Source of the DNA: Amoebidium appalachense
Taxonomy: Eukaryota; Protista; Ichthyosporea
Assembly: GCA_963693365.1 (NCBI GenBank)
Contig: CAVNZM010000017.1
Coordinates: 3,639,375 to 3,703,374 of the forward strand
Reading direction: 5' to 3'
DNA: 64,000 bases
Below are positions 1 through 14,786 of this stretch, in pieces. The position numbers and the translations under genes were made by a program. The stretch's first letter is position 1. The number at the start of each line of letters is the position of its first letter. The notes below the pieces were generated by a model. The model saw nothing but the letters and a program-made list of their open reading frames with translations, searched no databases and was not told the origin of the DNA.

Positions 1-54
1 GACGTATTAAAGATCCGCAAAAACCATAAACATTCAACATGCAACATGCAGACA

Positions 55-752
55 CCAGGCTGAGCCAGCCATGCTCGCAGTACAGCCTCTGCTCGTATAT
101 GAGTACATTGTGTCTTAAAAAGGAAAAAGACGTGTGCAGACACAGACATCAACGAACCATGCTTTGCAGTTACCTGATAAAGAATCGACTCAGTCGCATT
201 GTTGTCACCATTGGCAGGCCCAACACAAGTAACATATTGCCATAGGATCCTGTGACCGTTATATCTCTACCTGACCTTGTCACTTGATCCCTTCTACTGT
301 CACGGCTACAAATATAGACTGGAGATTATACATGTATAAGCACACGGGGTCATCACACTCTGTTGATGCTCCCTACAGCCGATCCGGAAACACAACATGT
401 GCCCCATATATGCATGGATATATACATCACGATACAGTCGGAGATATACATCTTTTTTAATATTAACTACTACACGGCCACTAGCTTGAATTCGAACCAA
501 AAACCGGGCTCACTAATCAGGTAACTACAGACAACATTTTAACCGAGACAACGCAAACCATGCAACCATGTACTGCAATGCACACGAACACACACACACT
601 GTGACACATGTCCGAAAACACACCCACGCGCGGAGGTGCACACATGCACACACAGCCACGCGCACACGAAGTGCATGTCGCGCACACAGAGGCACACACG
701 TGTACTGCACACACACGCACACACACGTACACACACACGTACACACACACGT

Positions 753-845
<93 letters not shown>

Positions 846-1010
846 ATACCCACTCGCGCGCACATGTGAATACTGCACAAACACATGACCACATCCTCAC
901 CCACACCCACCCACACACAAACCAGCTCATCATTATGATACCGGTATACCACTGCCAGTACTTACTCCTAAATGTTTTATCCTTTCCTTGAATGATTATT
1001 AGAAACGGGG
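55..1010 (-). CDS. Possible partial spliced gene of unknown function running off the left edge
   Basis: Candidate AG/GT-bounded exons at ~173-248 ([25 protein letters not shown]) and ~57-89 ([11 protein letters not shown]) join in frame. Further exon-like segments lie at ~305-375 and ~920-1010. No recognisable domain. Confidence 0.3.
580..840. repeat. (CA)n microsatellite
   Basis: Long pure and degenerate CA run. Similar runs occur at ~8805-8882, 20545-20668, 34750-34925, 48925-48977, 49385-49430 and 55495-55570. Confidence 0.95.
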
Positions 1011-1477
1011 ACCTGGATGCCCCTTTTCTTTGTTCGTTTTTTTTTTTTTTTTTTTTTTTTTCTTTCTGGGGGGGGGGGGGGGGGGGGGGGGGAGGGGGGG
1101 GGGGGGAGGGGGGCGGTTTGGAAGGGTTTACCAACTCCAGCTGATGATCCACTTGGTCTATTTATGGCATCTAGGGCAATGTGCTATTTATTAATAAATG
1201 ATTCTCGGATTTGATCCTCGAATATGGCCCAACCTCGGTCGAAGCGTGTATGTCAAGCTCGAGGATTTCAAAGGCCACGCCAGAGCCATGTCATTACATA
1301 TCCTTGATTGAATCGTCCTCAGTCGTATGCATGTGACTGGTTTGTGTACCGTGATGTTTGGCGCGTGACGTCCGTGGTTTATGTACATGGAGAGTCTACA
1401 ATGCAGTCCACGAGTGCACTGGCCGGCCTTTTGATGGCGTCACGTGTAGAACATGTACACTGGTCTCCTGCCATGGC

Positions 1478-1513
<36 letters not shown>

Positions 1514-1813
1514 CCCCTGCCCGCTTAACAATCCCCTCCCCCCCCCCCCCCTCCCCCCCTCAGAGCCCCCGGCCAGCCCCCTCCCCCCCCCCCCCCCCCC
1601 CCCCCCCCACGGCGGGCTGGCCAGCCCCCCTGCCCGGCCACATGTACATGTCACCATATCATATGGTCCCGTGACAAGTAGGACTGTTCTGAACATGTAC
1701 ATGTGACAGTAATGTTGGCCCACACTATAATTAGTATATGATCACTGCTCTGCCTGTAGCTACGAGTCAGGTTGAACTTTCTCTCTCTCCCTCCCTCCCT
1801 CTCTCCCTCTCCC

Positions 1814-1891
<78 letters not shown>

Positions 1892-2189
1892 GGGCTCACT
1901 CTCTCATGATCACTGTCACTGACTCACTGTACATGTACAATGTACATGTCCAGCTGCTGTCACATGTATTACTGTACCGTGACATGTGCATAAACGTTAA
2001 CTAATATTTTTTCTGCGTCCCAAAGAAAATTCCCGCCAAAGATTATGTGTGCAGTGTCACTGGCCATGGCGTGCACACTCGTCGATTGTTTCAAAATTTG
2101 CTCATCATCCATAACAAAACAGTAAAAAAAAATGAATGTGTGTGCAATGGTCGATATTGTTTCTCAATTGATATTGACATAAATTATCT

Positions 2190-2840
<651 letters not shown>

Positions 2841-2843
2841 ATT

Positions 2844-5197
2844 TTTTTTCTTCTTTTGACTGGATTTATTCGACGGAAAGATATGCAAGTATGCGCGGCA
2901 TACTGAGAAGACAATAAAAACTTCACGAGTTATCCAGTAACAAGTGCATACTGAGATACCTGAACACTGTGTGAAAATCATATAAATACTCAATGTGACG
3001 ACCAACAGAATTCAACAAAAAGTCTAAAGTGTTCACATTGCCAGCTAGTGTAGCAGACACCTGTAGGGAAAGAGGTAAAACGCGACATAAAAACTCACAC
3101 CTATCAACATGCTTACGATTAAAAAGTTCAGCACAAAAGTGGCACCAGCGGCGATGTAACAAGAATTACAGCGCCACTGTACAACTTCCCAGGCAATATC
3201 AACATCAGAGCACCATACAGACGTATCTACTAGGGTGGTATCCATACGTACAGCAGGAAAAATGTATCCTGCCAAAGCTCCCAAAAAGCGATAATGATCA
3301 GTACGGTGTTGCCTAAAGAACATAACACATGCCGACAGAGTTTTACCTTTGATTTCTCTATCAGAACGAGAAAGAAACTTATACTGCGTATGGTAATAAC
3401 GCAAAAAGGCAGAAAAAACAGGAAGAGAAAAGAAAGAGGGAGTGAGATAGCGAGAGGAAGAATCAGATTGAAAGAGGGTAGGCTGAGGACATTCAGAAGT
3501 AGCGTTGGTGAATCGGGGGGGAAGGGGGATGGAGGGAGGGGGGGGAAAGAAAGCATAAAGAGGGTGACCATCAGGTATCCTAACTAAATGAAAACAAAAA
3601 CGAAGAGACAATTCCTCCATACGACAAACAGCAGACGACAATCCAAACATACTGATTAAGGGAGGCACAAACCGAGTACGAAACAAAGTGCGCAGCGCAG
3701 TTCCCTGAAAATCGTCGAACTCTTTCAGCGCCACGGCCGCCTCGCGAGGTGGGGCGCAGGCCAATAGGGGAAGTCCATATTCGAAAGTCGGCCGTAAAAA
3801 AGTTTTATAGTAGAGAAGAAGGTTCGCAGGATGGATCACAGATTCCCGTTGAAACATATTTGACACGATGTGAAGCTTACCCTTCGCACGAGCGATCCGT
3901 GCCGTGAGGAGCTTGCGGAACTTATCAATACCCCGTGCAGTAAAAGGAATACCCAAATAGTCATAGGTGCTCTGAACAGGAATAGGAAGACCGGCCAATC
4001 GAAAGGAAGCGTTTTTCGAAAAAGTAGCACACTTTGCAATTCCGACTGTCATGAGATTCTCGGTGCACCATTGATCCACCTGACGAAGCATCTGGTGCAC
4101 ATACATCTTCGGTTAAGGAACAAAGAACAATATCGTCCGCAACAAGGAGACCCGGTACACGGCGGGTATGCAGTTGGCCAAAGGGTTCGAGGGCGCAGGC
4201 TAAATCGTCAATGAAAACGTCAAACAACAACGGACTCAGGAGGGACCCCTGCAGAAGACCCCGAGAACGGGAAAAACCCGGTGTTAATGTTCCATTGACC
4301 GCCGCTCGTCCGCGAGTGGTATCGAACAACGCTCGCAGAAGACGGCCAAAGGGGGCTGGTAAGCCCCGCATAGCCAGCTTATGCCATAACAAACCAGTGG
4401 GTACGGTGTCGTAGGCGTTCTTAAGGTCGATGAAGACAACGTGTGGAGAGCCAGAAGTAATGGATTCATGGAGTAACAGACTGTGAGTATAACACGAACA
4501 GGCATGACGAAAGCCCCCTTGAAGGGAAGAAAGACAGAACACGGCGTTTAAAGAATCGTCGGTGGTAAACGCGCGAAGCATGCAACCCTCGAAGAGCCGA
4601 CGAAAAACATTGGTAAGTGTGACGGGACGAAAGTCGTTAATGACCCCCTGCGATACCTTCTTACGAACGGGCGTAACGATTGTGTCAAGCCACGAATTTG
4701 GAATAAACCTGAGTTCGAAAAAAGCCGAAAAAAACTCACTAAGAAGGACAGCAAAAGGCGGGGGCGGGGGGGACTCTGTACGATTACGGGGCGGAAGCAC
4801 GGCAGAAAGAACCTTGAAAAGCACCGGAGGAAGAGCATCCGGCCCGCACGCCTTGCGGGGTTTTAACGCCCGGATAGCACCAAAAACAGCCGAAGAGTTG
4901 ACTAATAACTGTGAAAAGTGCCCGGGAACGATCGGTCCGGCTCCCAACTCGGCGGCTGGGAGAGGCCAGCGGGCGGTGATGGAACCGTGGACACGTTAGG
5001 AAGCGAAAATAGGGAAGCATAATAGTCATCGACGGATTCAGCGACGGAGATGGAAGGAGAGGGGACATAGACTTGCACGGAAGGCCCAAACTGTTGGAAT
5101 ACGTCACCATGTATGACAGCAAGAGCCTTGAAGTATGTATGTGTCTTAGCTTGTTTGTATTCGTGTCTGCTTTCCTTCTTTGTGCTCTTTCTCTTTT

Positions 5198-5268
<71 letters not shown>

Positions 5269-6955
5269 TATCTCTCTCTCCCTTGTTTCTGTGAGCACAG
5301 ATATCTGTAGATCTGTGCACACCTGGCTCTCTTGCCTGATAAGAACTTATTGTATTTTATTCAGGCTGTTTGCTCTCCTCTGTTTATCTGAGAGGTAGCG
5401 TGATTGGCTAGCTACACTCGTTGTCTTTCCTTTATTTCAAAATGGCTTAGTTTTGTTCTCAAAAGGATGGCTCTCCAATAGTCGCGAGCGAGTACATCTG
5501 TAGATCGTGTTGTGCATTCCTGTCTATTAATATATGTGTGTTGTAATTGGACAATAGATATATATGGAATTCGGTTTATTGCAAAGTGTCTTCACTTTGA
5601 GAGTGTCGACTATTAGGAAATATATGTATTTAAATAAGTTTCTTTATAGAGACGAACATAAATATATATGTGAGTTAATAGTGACTAGATGTATAATTAC
5701 TTAATTTATTTAAGTAAGAGTTTCTAAACTTTAGTTTAATCAGAAGTTGGAATGCATATGCTCTGTCGGAATGTGTTTTTCTATCTTCTGATAGAACCGA
5801 TTGGTTTTCCCTCTTTAGTTGTGATAAGGTGATAAGTCGCAAGTACAAAAGGAACCGAGAGCACAATAAAGAATCAGTTGTTGTTTGAATCTTTCAATGT
5901 CTCGTGAACAACTCCGATTGCCCTCTCATTAATGTGTTAGTCGTGTTTTACATGACACCTCTGTGCCCTCTGCTCCCTTAGACCCGTACAAAACAACACA
6001 AACCAACCGGCGGATTTCCAGACCGATGAGGCTTCCTGTAGAGGCAACAACTGTCGTAGGGACTGCAAAACGTAAGACTGTCTCAGCCGAACGGAAGGGT
6101 ACTCAACCATGCCCACCACCTGCTCGCCAAGGGCAAATAGAAACTCAACAAACTCAACATACCTCCAAAATAGCTGGGTTCCGCTGCGCACGGGCGTCGC
6201 GCACTGCGGCAAGAAAGAAGCCATGAACCGACTCATACTCCTTGACAGCGAGTAACTGGTTTAACTTGTGCTTGAAACCGCGAGATAAGAGGCGGCGGTT
6301 AGTCTGAGTAGCCCCGCCGAAGTGAACAGGGAAGGAAACCGAAAATTCTACAGGGGAATGGTCCGAACTACGCCGTAAGGAATCGGGTGGGGAAATTACT
6401 CGAAGGGTGGAGTCCCAAAACGAGGCACCCCAGTCAGTCGCGTGGTTAGCGAAAACGCGAGGAAGACGGACAAGGTGCTTTCGAAGAAGGTTGGCGAGGA
6501 CACGAGCACGGTCAGAAAAAGGACGAAACTGTGCTGGGGACGGGGTACTGTTCCCTATCACACGGAACCACTGGACAATTGAAGTCACCGATAAAAACTT
6601 GAGAAACGGGAATTTGGCTAACCACGGCTGACAAAGTGTCAGTACCTAACGATGGAGGAAAGTACACGAAAGTCAAAGTCCACGCACGAAACTGAATGGT
6701 GACGAAATACTCATGCGCCGCAATGACCCTGCAATCCGAGCGAATGCTAGGATTGGCTAAAACCGCGATGCCGCCTCGGGAGAAACCAGTCGATGACGAA
6801 GACCCAACCAAAAATCCGGATTGCTCCAACTGATGATGATTATAGAACCATGTCTCGGCAAGAACAACAAAAGAATAGGTACGAACAAAGTCCAATCAAA
6901 AATCCGGATTGCTCCAACTGATGATGATTATAGAACCATGTCTTGGCAAGAACAA
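2844..6955 (-). mobile_element. Non-LTR retrotransposon (LINE; APE endonuclease + RT + CCHC knuckle), 5'-truncated and frameshifted, copy 1
   Basis: EN motifs LAETW, YFPP, IGDFN, SDH (6154-6895). RT motifs KACGPD, FRPVTL, QGGFR, IDLKNAYD, GLLQGSLLSPLLF, ADD, YLGI (3045-4947). C-terminal CHFC-x7-H-x3-C. 3' tail AATAAATCCAGTCAAAAG-A-rich. 9-bp TSD CAGTAAATT at 2835-2843 and 6956-6964. Confidence 0.93.
5110..6159 (+). mobile_element. Probable solo LTR inserted in LINE copy 1 between EN and RT
   Basis: 1.05-kb non-LINE segment bounded by TGT...ACA, with AATAAA at 5865-5870 followed by GAATCAGTT. No clean TSD (CACCA vs TACCT). Confidence 0.55.
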
Positions 6956-8477
6956 CAGTAAATTGCCGGAGCTCGAGCCAAGACTCCCATCAGACACTCC
7001 CGTCGTGGCTCCCCGAGGTGACCAAGACAAATAGAAGCAGAAATGCAAGTCACTGAGGTATTTTATTATTGTCCTAAGTAAATAGTATCTGTTTCTGATC
7101 AGAAAACCCCCAGTGAATTCGCCTGTAGGTTTCCTTCGAAAAATGACACGCACCTGACCTTGGTCGATGAAAGAATCACACGTACATAGTCTGTGGTGGG
7201 CACTGGTGGCATTTAACGCGCTGTCTCTCCCTCTCTCTCTCTCTGACACTATCTCCCCTCCTCTCTCCATGTCTCTTTCTCTACATCTCTCTATCTCTTT
7301 ATCTCTCTCCCTCTCCCCCTCTCCCTCGAGCTCTCTCTCTTTCCCGGGCTCTAAGGCTTCTCCTCTCTCGCAACTGTTACACCCACTGAGAATGTTCCAG
7401 ACCTCTGATCAGCCCCAATTTTCTCCCTTTCTCTGGATGTCTCTCGATCTGGCGACCTACGATTCAATTGATTCGAGCGCCCTGATTGGCTGTACAATCT
7501 TTTTTTTTCTCTCTCTTTTTCTTGGCATCTCACGTGAGACCGGGTCTCCCCTTCCTCCAAACCCCTATCCCCCAAAACCCAACCTCTGACCGAGGTTGGG
7601 AACGACATGTATGCAGCATGAAGGCAAGTGTTACCCAATCAAAATTAGCCAATTCTTTACGCGCCATTTTTGGCAGGTGGCTAACCATAAAAGGTTAGTT
7701 TTGTCCCGTTGCTGGCTAACGTTTTTGGCTGCAGCGCTTCCTGCATGACAATTATATCTACAAAACAATATAGTAAAAATTATGAGCTTTCAGGAAATAT
7801 ATTAGTAACAGCCAAAAAAGCGCTTTTGAGGGGTGATAACATTGCGACAAACTCAGCCGGTCCGAAAAGCCGTTATGCTCATGTATGCAATAAGGCTGTG
7901 ATGAGGTGTCGGCACCAAGGCCAACGGCCCTCTCACCCAACAACGTACATGTAGTCTTGTAGATAACGACACATCAAGATCTAGATCTCAATCATACGTG
8001 GTGGGATCATGTGCCTGCCAGCGGCTCGAAAACCAAGGTCCATACACAGAGCATACACAACCTCCATGTGCACGGAACCTGATCCGTCACCGAGGCGATA
8101 TACAGAGCATGCCCGGCCCCGACACCAAGACTGTCTCTGTGCCTCGAGTTAACAGTGTAATCGCAAACCCCCTTGCTGCTGTACAACAGCATACAGCCAA
8201 GGGAAGAGAAAACACACACACACGGCCCTAATTACATAAAAGAGACACACAAAGGGAAGAATGTGCCCACTACAGCACGTGTTAGCATACACAAACATGA
8301 TCATCCAAGAAGATACCCCCCCCCCCCTCCCCCCCCATACACACGCACAAAGAGAGAAGGGGTACGGGGAGAAAGAGGGAGGGAGGGAGCGAGAAAGAGG
8401 GACAAGAGACACCGAGAGAGAGAAGTGACACACACATAACTCAGAGACCCACAGCCTGCAGCCATGCCACTTCCCTA

Positions 8478-8508
<31 letters not shown>

Positions 8509-8800
8509 CCCACCCACCCACACCGCCACAACACACACACCCACACACACACACCATACACGCCACCACCACCACACACCTCCCCCGTAATTAAACGGCA
8601 TCCTTGCTCTTTCCACACCCACTGTGACCATCCCCCCCCCCCCCCCCCCCCCCAACCAGCCCCTCCCCGTGAACGCGAACTTCCTCTCCTTCTCTTCTTC
8701 TGGCTCTCCTGTGTGACGCCAAGCGAGACAGTTTACACTTTCACCTTCCGCCTGCCTGCCCCGGAACAAAGGTCTTCTATGTTTAACAGAGAGGCAAAAC

Positions 8801-8886
<86 letters not shown>

Positions 8887-10019
8887 TAATGGGAAGGAAA
8901 AGGGGGAGTAGCAGCAGGGCAGTAAGCAACTACCAGGCACAATAGAAGACGGTGAGGGATGGCTCGTATGCACACACTTGCCCCCAACACAGAGACGTGC
9001 CACGGTGGTGGGTGGTATGCAGGTGCAGCCCACACAGCACACACACACACAGCCACTAGCCACCACACAACCACCTGGCACTCAGCCCAGCAGACAACCC
9101 ATACACGACTTAAAGGCACCCAGCCCTCACAGCCACACGTATTGCACACAAACACTTGTTGGGCCCAGTTTCTCCACTACACAAGCAAAAACTCGACAGA
9201 GAGTGCAGAAACACCGAGCACTAGGCTCTAGACCTTCATTAGCACACAGACATGTGCACACAAAAGCAGGTGCACACACCCACCACCCACACATTCATAC
9301 GACCGCCCACACAAAGTCTCCACAGCCGATCACCACACGGTGCTCCACAAACACTACAGCACGCCCTTGTGCCCCTACACAGACCCTGAACATGCAGGCA
9401 CACACGTCCAGCACGCAGCACACAGCCAACTAGAGGCCACTGCAGTGTGCATGTTCAGCTAGAACATATTACTCCGTTCCACAGAAACACACCAACACAC
9501 AAGCACACACTGTAAGACCAAGCACACACAAGCTATTAAACTACATAAAGTAAGCACACGCAGTGGATTGAAAAGAAACAAAGACGTAGACGGCAGGGGG
9601 AGGGTAGAGAGGGGGAAGTCGGAGACAGGAGCGCAGGAGGAGGTGGGGGTCGCAAGCAAAGGGCGAAGAGAGAGTGTGTGGGAGGGGGGGAGAACGGTCT
9701 CTCACCGTCAACGGCAGGCCCTCGCCTTTCCACGCAGGGACGCAGGCACACAAGCATTCCCCCTATTCCGGCGTCAACTGTTGAGCAAGCAGACTTGCCC
9801 CCTCACGCTCAAAGGTCACATGAGAGCCCTATCTCTCTACACGGACAAAGGTGCCTTCCTCCTGGGCCAGCAGTGGCTGGGACGCCCTGCTTGTGCCCTT
9901 CAGCCACCCTACGAGTCCCCATCTACCCTGGTTGAGTAGTTCTAGAGCGGGAGAGCACTCGAGTAAAGCCCACTGCTTCCATGAGGCCGCTTCTGAAATT
10001 TTCCTCCGAGCCCTCGAAA

Positions 10020-10376
<357 letters not shown>

Positions 10377-10818
10377 GCTCAGGCCTAGGGCATCTGAGCA
10401 GTGGGGACTAGAGGTGTGCGTGGCTGCATCCATTCATACACGCACTATGTTTGGCACGCGTGAGGGCCTGTGTGGGAAGCTATCAACAGAGCCCGTGTGA
10501 GCGTGGTTGCTGCGGTCAGCTACAGATAGTCTACACACAAAGCCCTCGGCTAGGCAAGTTGTACACACTGGCCGGGAAACTCGAACGAGATGGCGAACCG
10601 AAAAAACCCCGCATACGCATAGCAAGCGTGGCCACCAACCTCTGGCGAAGTGGATACAGAAGCAGAATCTGTGCAAAACACACCACCTATTTCTTGATAA
10701 AGTCCTTACATCTGGTGTTCAGTATAATACTAATATTCTACTCGAAGTGAAGAGGAAACTATGACCAGTAATATAGCAGTCTAATAGTAGATCCGCTCTT
10801 GAGTCGGAAATGTAACAA

Positions 10819-11854
10819 TTGGCGGTGGGCTGCTGCAACTTCTTCAGCTACTTCTGTGCTGCGTGAGTGGAGGGGCGGCTACTTGGTCGTCGGGGAGCTT
10901 TCCAAGTGACTGCCAGTCCTTAGCCTCCAGTCGCGTGGCAATGACCGGGTTTGCTTGCATACATTCTGTAATTGTGTTTTTCTGTGTGTCCTGCCACAAA
11001 TAGGCCACCTTATCAGAGAGCTAGATGCAGTTTCTCCGGGTTATCTAGGGGCCGGGCCCGTTGGGATTGTTTTTTAGCTCAGATTTGGTCTGCATTGCTC
11101 TTTTAGAGGCTGACTTGCTTGCTGTGCCTCGATAGGTTTTGAGGGGGGCCTGCTGGGAAGGAGCAATGATGTCTTCTTGCGGAGTGTGGTCTGGTCAACA
11201 TCGATGCATATGACTAGTTGGAGCAAACTAGTTTCACGCATACACGTACACTTAAGGTTTTGCCCGCTGGTGTCCTTTGTCACTTGTCGCTTTATTTTTT
11301 TTTCGTAGCTTTGGCTTTTTCAGTTCTATTGGTGGTTATGTAGCCTGTGGCTGCACGTTGCCTTCATCAACGGATCAATAAATCAGGAGTCATGGGGCGA
11401 GTGGCCGAGCGAGACCGAAGTTATTTCGGCGAGCCGTCGGTTATTTTGGCGAGCCGATAGGCGAGCCAAAATAATCGTCAAGGCGAGCCGAAATAACGAG
11501 GTCGAGGGAGGACACGAGCCGACATGATCCGGTTACGATATGACCCATAAAGATTTAGCATTCACTTTATTGATACATTATGCAAACTTTAACTCGGTTA
11601 TTTGATTCATATATCATTACATTCATATTTCAGGCTCATTTTCCTAGTGATCGCTTTGATTGGCTAGCAGCGCACTCACCCATTAACCCGGTTATTCGAT
11701 TCCTCTAACCCAATAGAAATGTCCATAGCCTGGTTATTTCGGTGAGTGCGCTCTAGGCCAATCACGGCAAGACTAACTGAAGTTAAAGGTCGTGTCGTCA
11801 TCCAATCAGATCACACCCCGACTCTCGGAATATCGTAACCCGAGTCAAAAGAAA
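10819..11854 (+). mobile_element. Element B copy, 5'-truncated, carrying an extra ~450-bp segment before its tail
   Basis: 10819-11383 matches 32760-33975 and the reverse complement of 44450-45015. Tail CCCGAGTCAAAAGAAA at ~11839-11854. TSD AAATGTAACAA at 10808-10818 and 11855-11865. Confidence 0.85.
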
Positions 11855-12379
11855 AAATGTAACAACTTTCCCACCCCAAATTGTGCCCTTCCCAAAGTTC
11901 GCGGGGGAAGGTGGGAACCTGATCCAGCCAATGGGTGCGCAGTCCTGCACCAATTGACGTCATAGCCTAATCATCTGGACTTTTCAGTACTGTGTCGATA
12001 GTTCCGAGAGTGACTTTGAGGCATAGTTGAGATGCGATAACAAAAAGCTGAAAGTAGCTCATGTAAAGCAGAAGTTTCTGTGCGTATTCAAAAGAATTAT
12101 TCATAAGCATATGATTAAATCGAAAACCTGCTACTTTTTGTCGACTTATGCGTCTTGACATGCGGCTGACAGGGGAATGTTCGACATTGTTTTACATCAC
12201 ATTCTGCGATAGATGGAGGTAACATTTGGGTTAGGGTAGAGGGAGATCAAACTTTGAATACAGGCGGCTGTGATATTATAAATTGAGCTATATAAACATG
12301 TTTTACAAATGAAGTGCAATTTTGAGCGAATCAAAAATTAGTGTTAAGCGACTGAAACTTTAGTATGGTGGTGCGGCGC

Positions 12380-12430
12380 TCGCTGATTTGATTGGATTTC
12401 AGGGTGCAGGCAAGAATTACGATTGGCGCA
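12380..12430 (+). promoter_or_regulatory. Putative CCAAT-box promoter of the zinc-finger gene
   Basis: Two ATTGG (reverse CCAAT) motifs at ~12391 and ~12422, just upstream of a candidate ATG at 12466. Confidence 0.35.
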
Positions 12431-12822
12431 CACCAGCCTTGGCGGCCTGAGGGACAGACACAAACATGGACACAATTGACACACCGCAAGCTGCAGCACA
12501 CATAGCCTACGCGAACGAGCTACTCACTCCAGCTACCCACTCCAGGATACCAGGGCAGGCATAGCTACTGAACGCAGAAACATATTTTCATACGTAATAA
12601 GTAAGATTGCAGTGCAGGAGTGAACAGAGCAAGAAAGAGGCACAAACACACACGTGCATAGACGTCCTGCGAGAACTTTTCGGGTAGACTTCTTTTTTTT
12701 TGAAGCACATAGCCGCGCACTACAAACAGCTCTGTGTTGCGGTCACAAGCAGCCAAAGTTCACTGGCGGCACCGAAGGAATAGACAAGCCCACTGTTAGA
12801 GGGACTACACGCACACGCGCTG

Positions 12823-13853
12823 TTGCGCAGGGCCAGCATGAGCCACCTTGCGGACGGACGCGGGCACCCCGCGCTAGCGTCGCTGGACCCGCAAAGCACG
12901 CTGGACGAGGCACTGAGCGCGCTGCTGGGCAGCAAGCTGGGCGGTGACGTGCCGGGCCTGGCCGGGCTAACGCTGAGCCCGGCTGGGTCGGGGGGCTGGG
13001 CCACGCCACAGCTGCTGGCGGAGCCCCCGGAGGAGCTACTGGAGGAGGGTGGGGACCGGTTTCGCCGGCGCCACACCATGGCCCGTGAGCGGCCCGTGGT
13101 GTGCCAGATCAACAACTGCGGCCGGCGGTTCTCTAGCGACAACTCGCTGCGCAACCACATACGCCGCAAACACTCGTCCCGCGCCATCCTCAGCAGAGCC
13201 TCCGAGTATGCCAAGCGCCATCCAGCGGGTCCCGGCCAGGCCCCGCCACAAGCCATGCGGCCGCGGCACGCAGGGCTGGGCGGGCCCCTGTCCCCTCTGT
13301 CACCCACCACCGTGTCCTCGTACGGCAGCAGTGCCTCCCTCTCGCCCGTGCCCACGGGCCTGGGCCTACCAGGCCCGCTTTCACGCAGTACCTCGGTGGA
13401 CCTGGGCCGGCCGGTCGACCTCACACTGTCCCCCCTGCTAGCCCGCAGGCACAGCCTCTACGACAGCCGCGACGCATATCTGGCCAGCCACCCGGCACAG
13501 GCTGTGGAGGATCTTAAGGAGTGGCTGGCGGCGCGCATATGCGAGGTCACCAACCAGCTGGCCCACAATCAGCAGCGCCGCACACAGCTGGCCCCCACAG
13601 CCCCGGCCTGGCAGGAGCCCCCCAGCACAAACACACTGCTGCTCGAACTGACGGGGGGCAGGGGGGCGGGCTAGGGATGGATGGGGTGGGCAACCTGGAC
13701 CTGGGGGCACTAAGCCTGCAGCAGGGTGGATGGGGGGCTGGGGCTGGGGCTGGGGCATATATGGGGGAGACAGGGTTCGACACACAGGCAATAGACGTGC
13801 TATGTAACGACCTGCAGCAGGCAATAGACATGGACTTCCAAACGCTCACGTAG
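12823..13853 (+). CDS. C2H2 zinc-finger protein (putative transcription factor)
   Basis: CQINNCGRRFSSDNSLRNHIRRKH motif in a 283-aa ORF. A likely homopolymer frameshift at ~13655-13672 continues into GLGMDGV..DMDFQTLT* (13853). A possible short first exon starts at ATG 12466. Confidence 0.8.
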
Positions 13854-14745
13854 GCTCAGGGTGTGTATGTATGAGGCTGGCTGGCTCCTTCGCACCGGCA
13901 CACGTAGTTTTCTTGTTAGCATGTATATCTGTATATGTGTCTCGCATGTAGGTGCAGGCACTTTTAGCAAAGACGCAGGCCTGTGGCCTGGTCTGGCCCG
14001 CCTGGTTGCGTGGCCCAATAACAAAGCAGTGTTTACCCACACACGTCTGGTGCAGGGCCAAACCAGATGCACATGGGGAAGGGTGAGTGACTCGAAGCAC
14101 TCGAGGAGCACCCAGCTTGCACCGGCAGAGCCAGACAACTGTGTATTTCGTTCACAAGGTGGCAACATACAGGGAGTATGCTGTGCATAGTCGAGAATGC
14201 TGAAAAAACAGCACATACAAGTGTGTGTATGGCATACAAGGCACACTTAGTAGTATCGGATTGGTGCACAAGCAGTGCTGGCATATATTGTGGGCTTTCA
14301 TCCTTGACAGCCTTCAGGAACCAGGATGTAGCAAGACAGCACGTATTCGGTGGCTGCATAACCACCATATGCTTACTGTGCTTTCCCTGTGCTTTCTCAG
14401 CCAAGTGATGTTGAACAGTTCTCACACAGAGAAAGGTACCGAATACACCTGCCTACAGGTCTACCTGCCACCTATACCAAGGGGGTGTGGAAAGTCTCCG
14501 GGCCACGTCAGCCAACTTAGTGTCTGCTATGCTTGAGACTGCCTACACACAGGGCAAACGCCCACTGCCACTGCAGGGGGCACAGCGCAGGGTTGGGACG
14601 GACGGGTTAGGGGTAGGTGGGTGTATATATGCATATGTATGTGTGTGTGTGTGTGTTTGTGTGCGTGTGTATGTGTATGTGTGTTTGTGTGTATGTATGC
14701 GTGTGCGCGTGGTGTGTATGTGTGTGCGTGTCTGTGTATATGTGC

Positions 14746-14786
<41 letters not shown>

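Noticed and set aside
5110-6164. Spliceosomal intron within the LINE
   Set aside because: GTATG donor-like motifs occur at both junctions, but neither strand has a matching terminal AG.
7700-10000. Possible gene between LINE copy 1 and element B
   Set aside because: No coherent exon chain or recognisable motif could be assembled.
13650-13675. Programmed frameshift or stop readthrough in the zinc-finger gene
   Set aside because: The shift falls in G homopolymers, so a sequencing indel is more likely.
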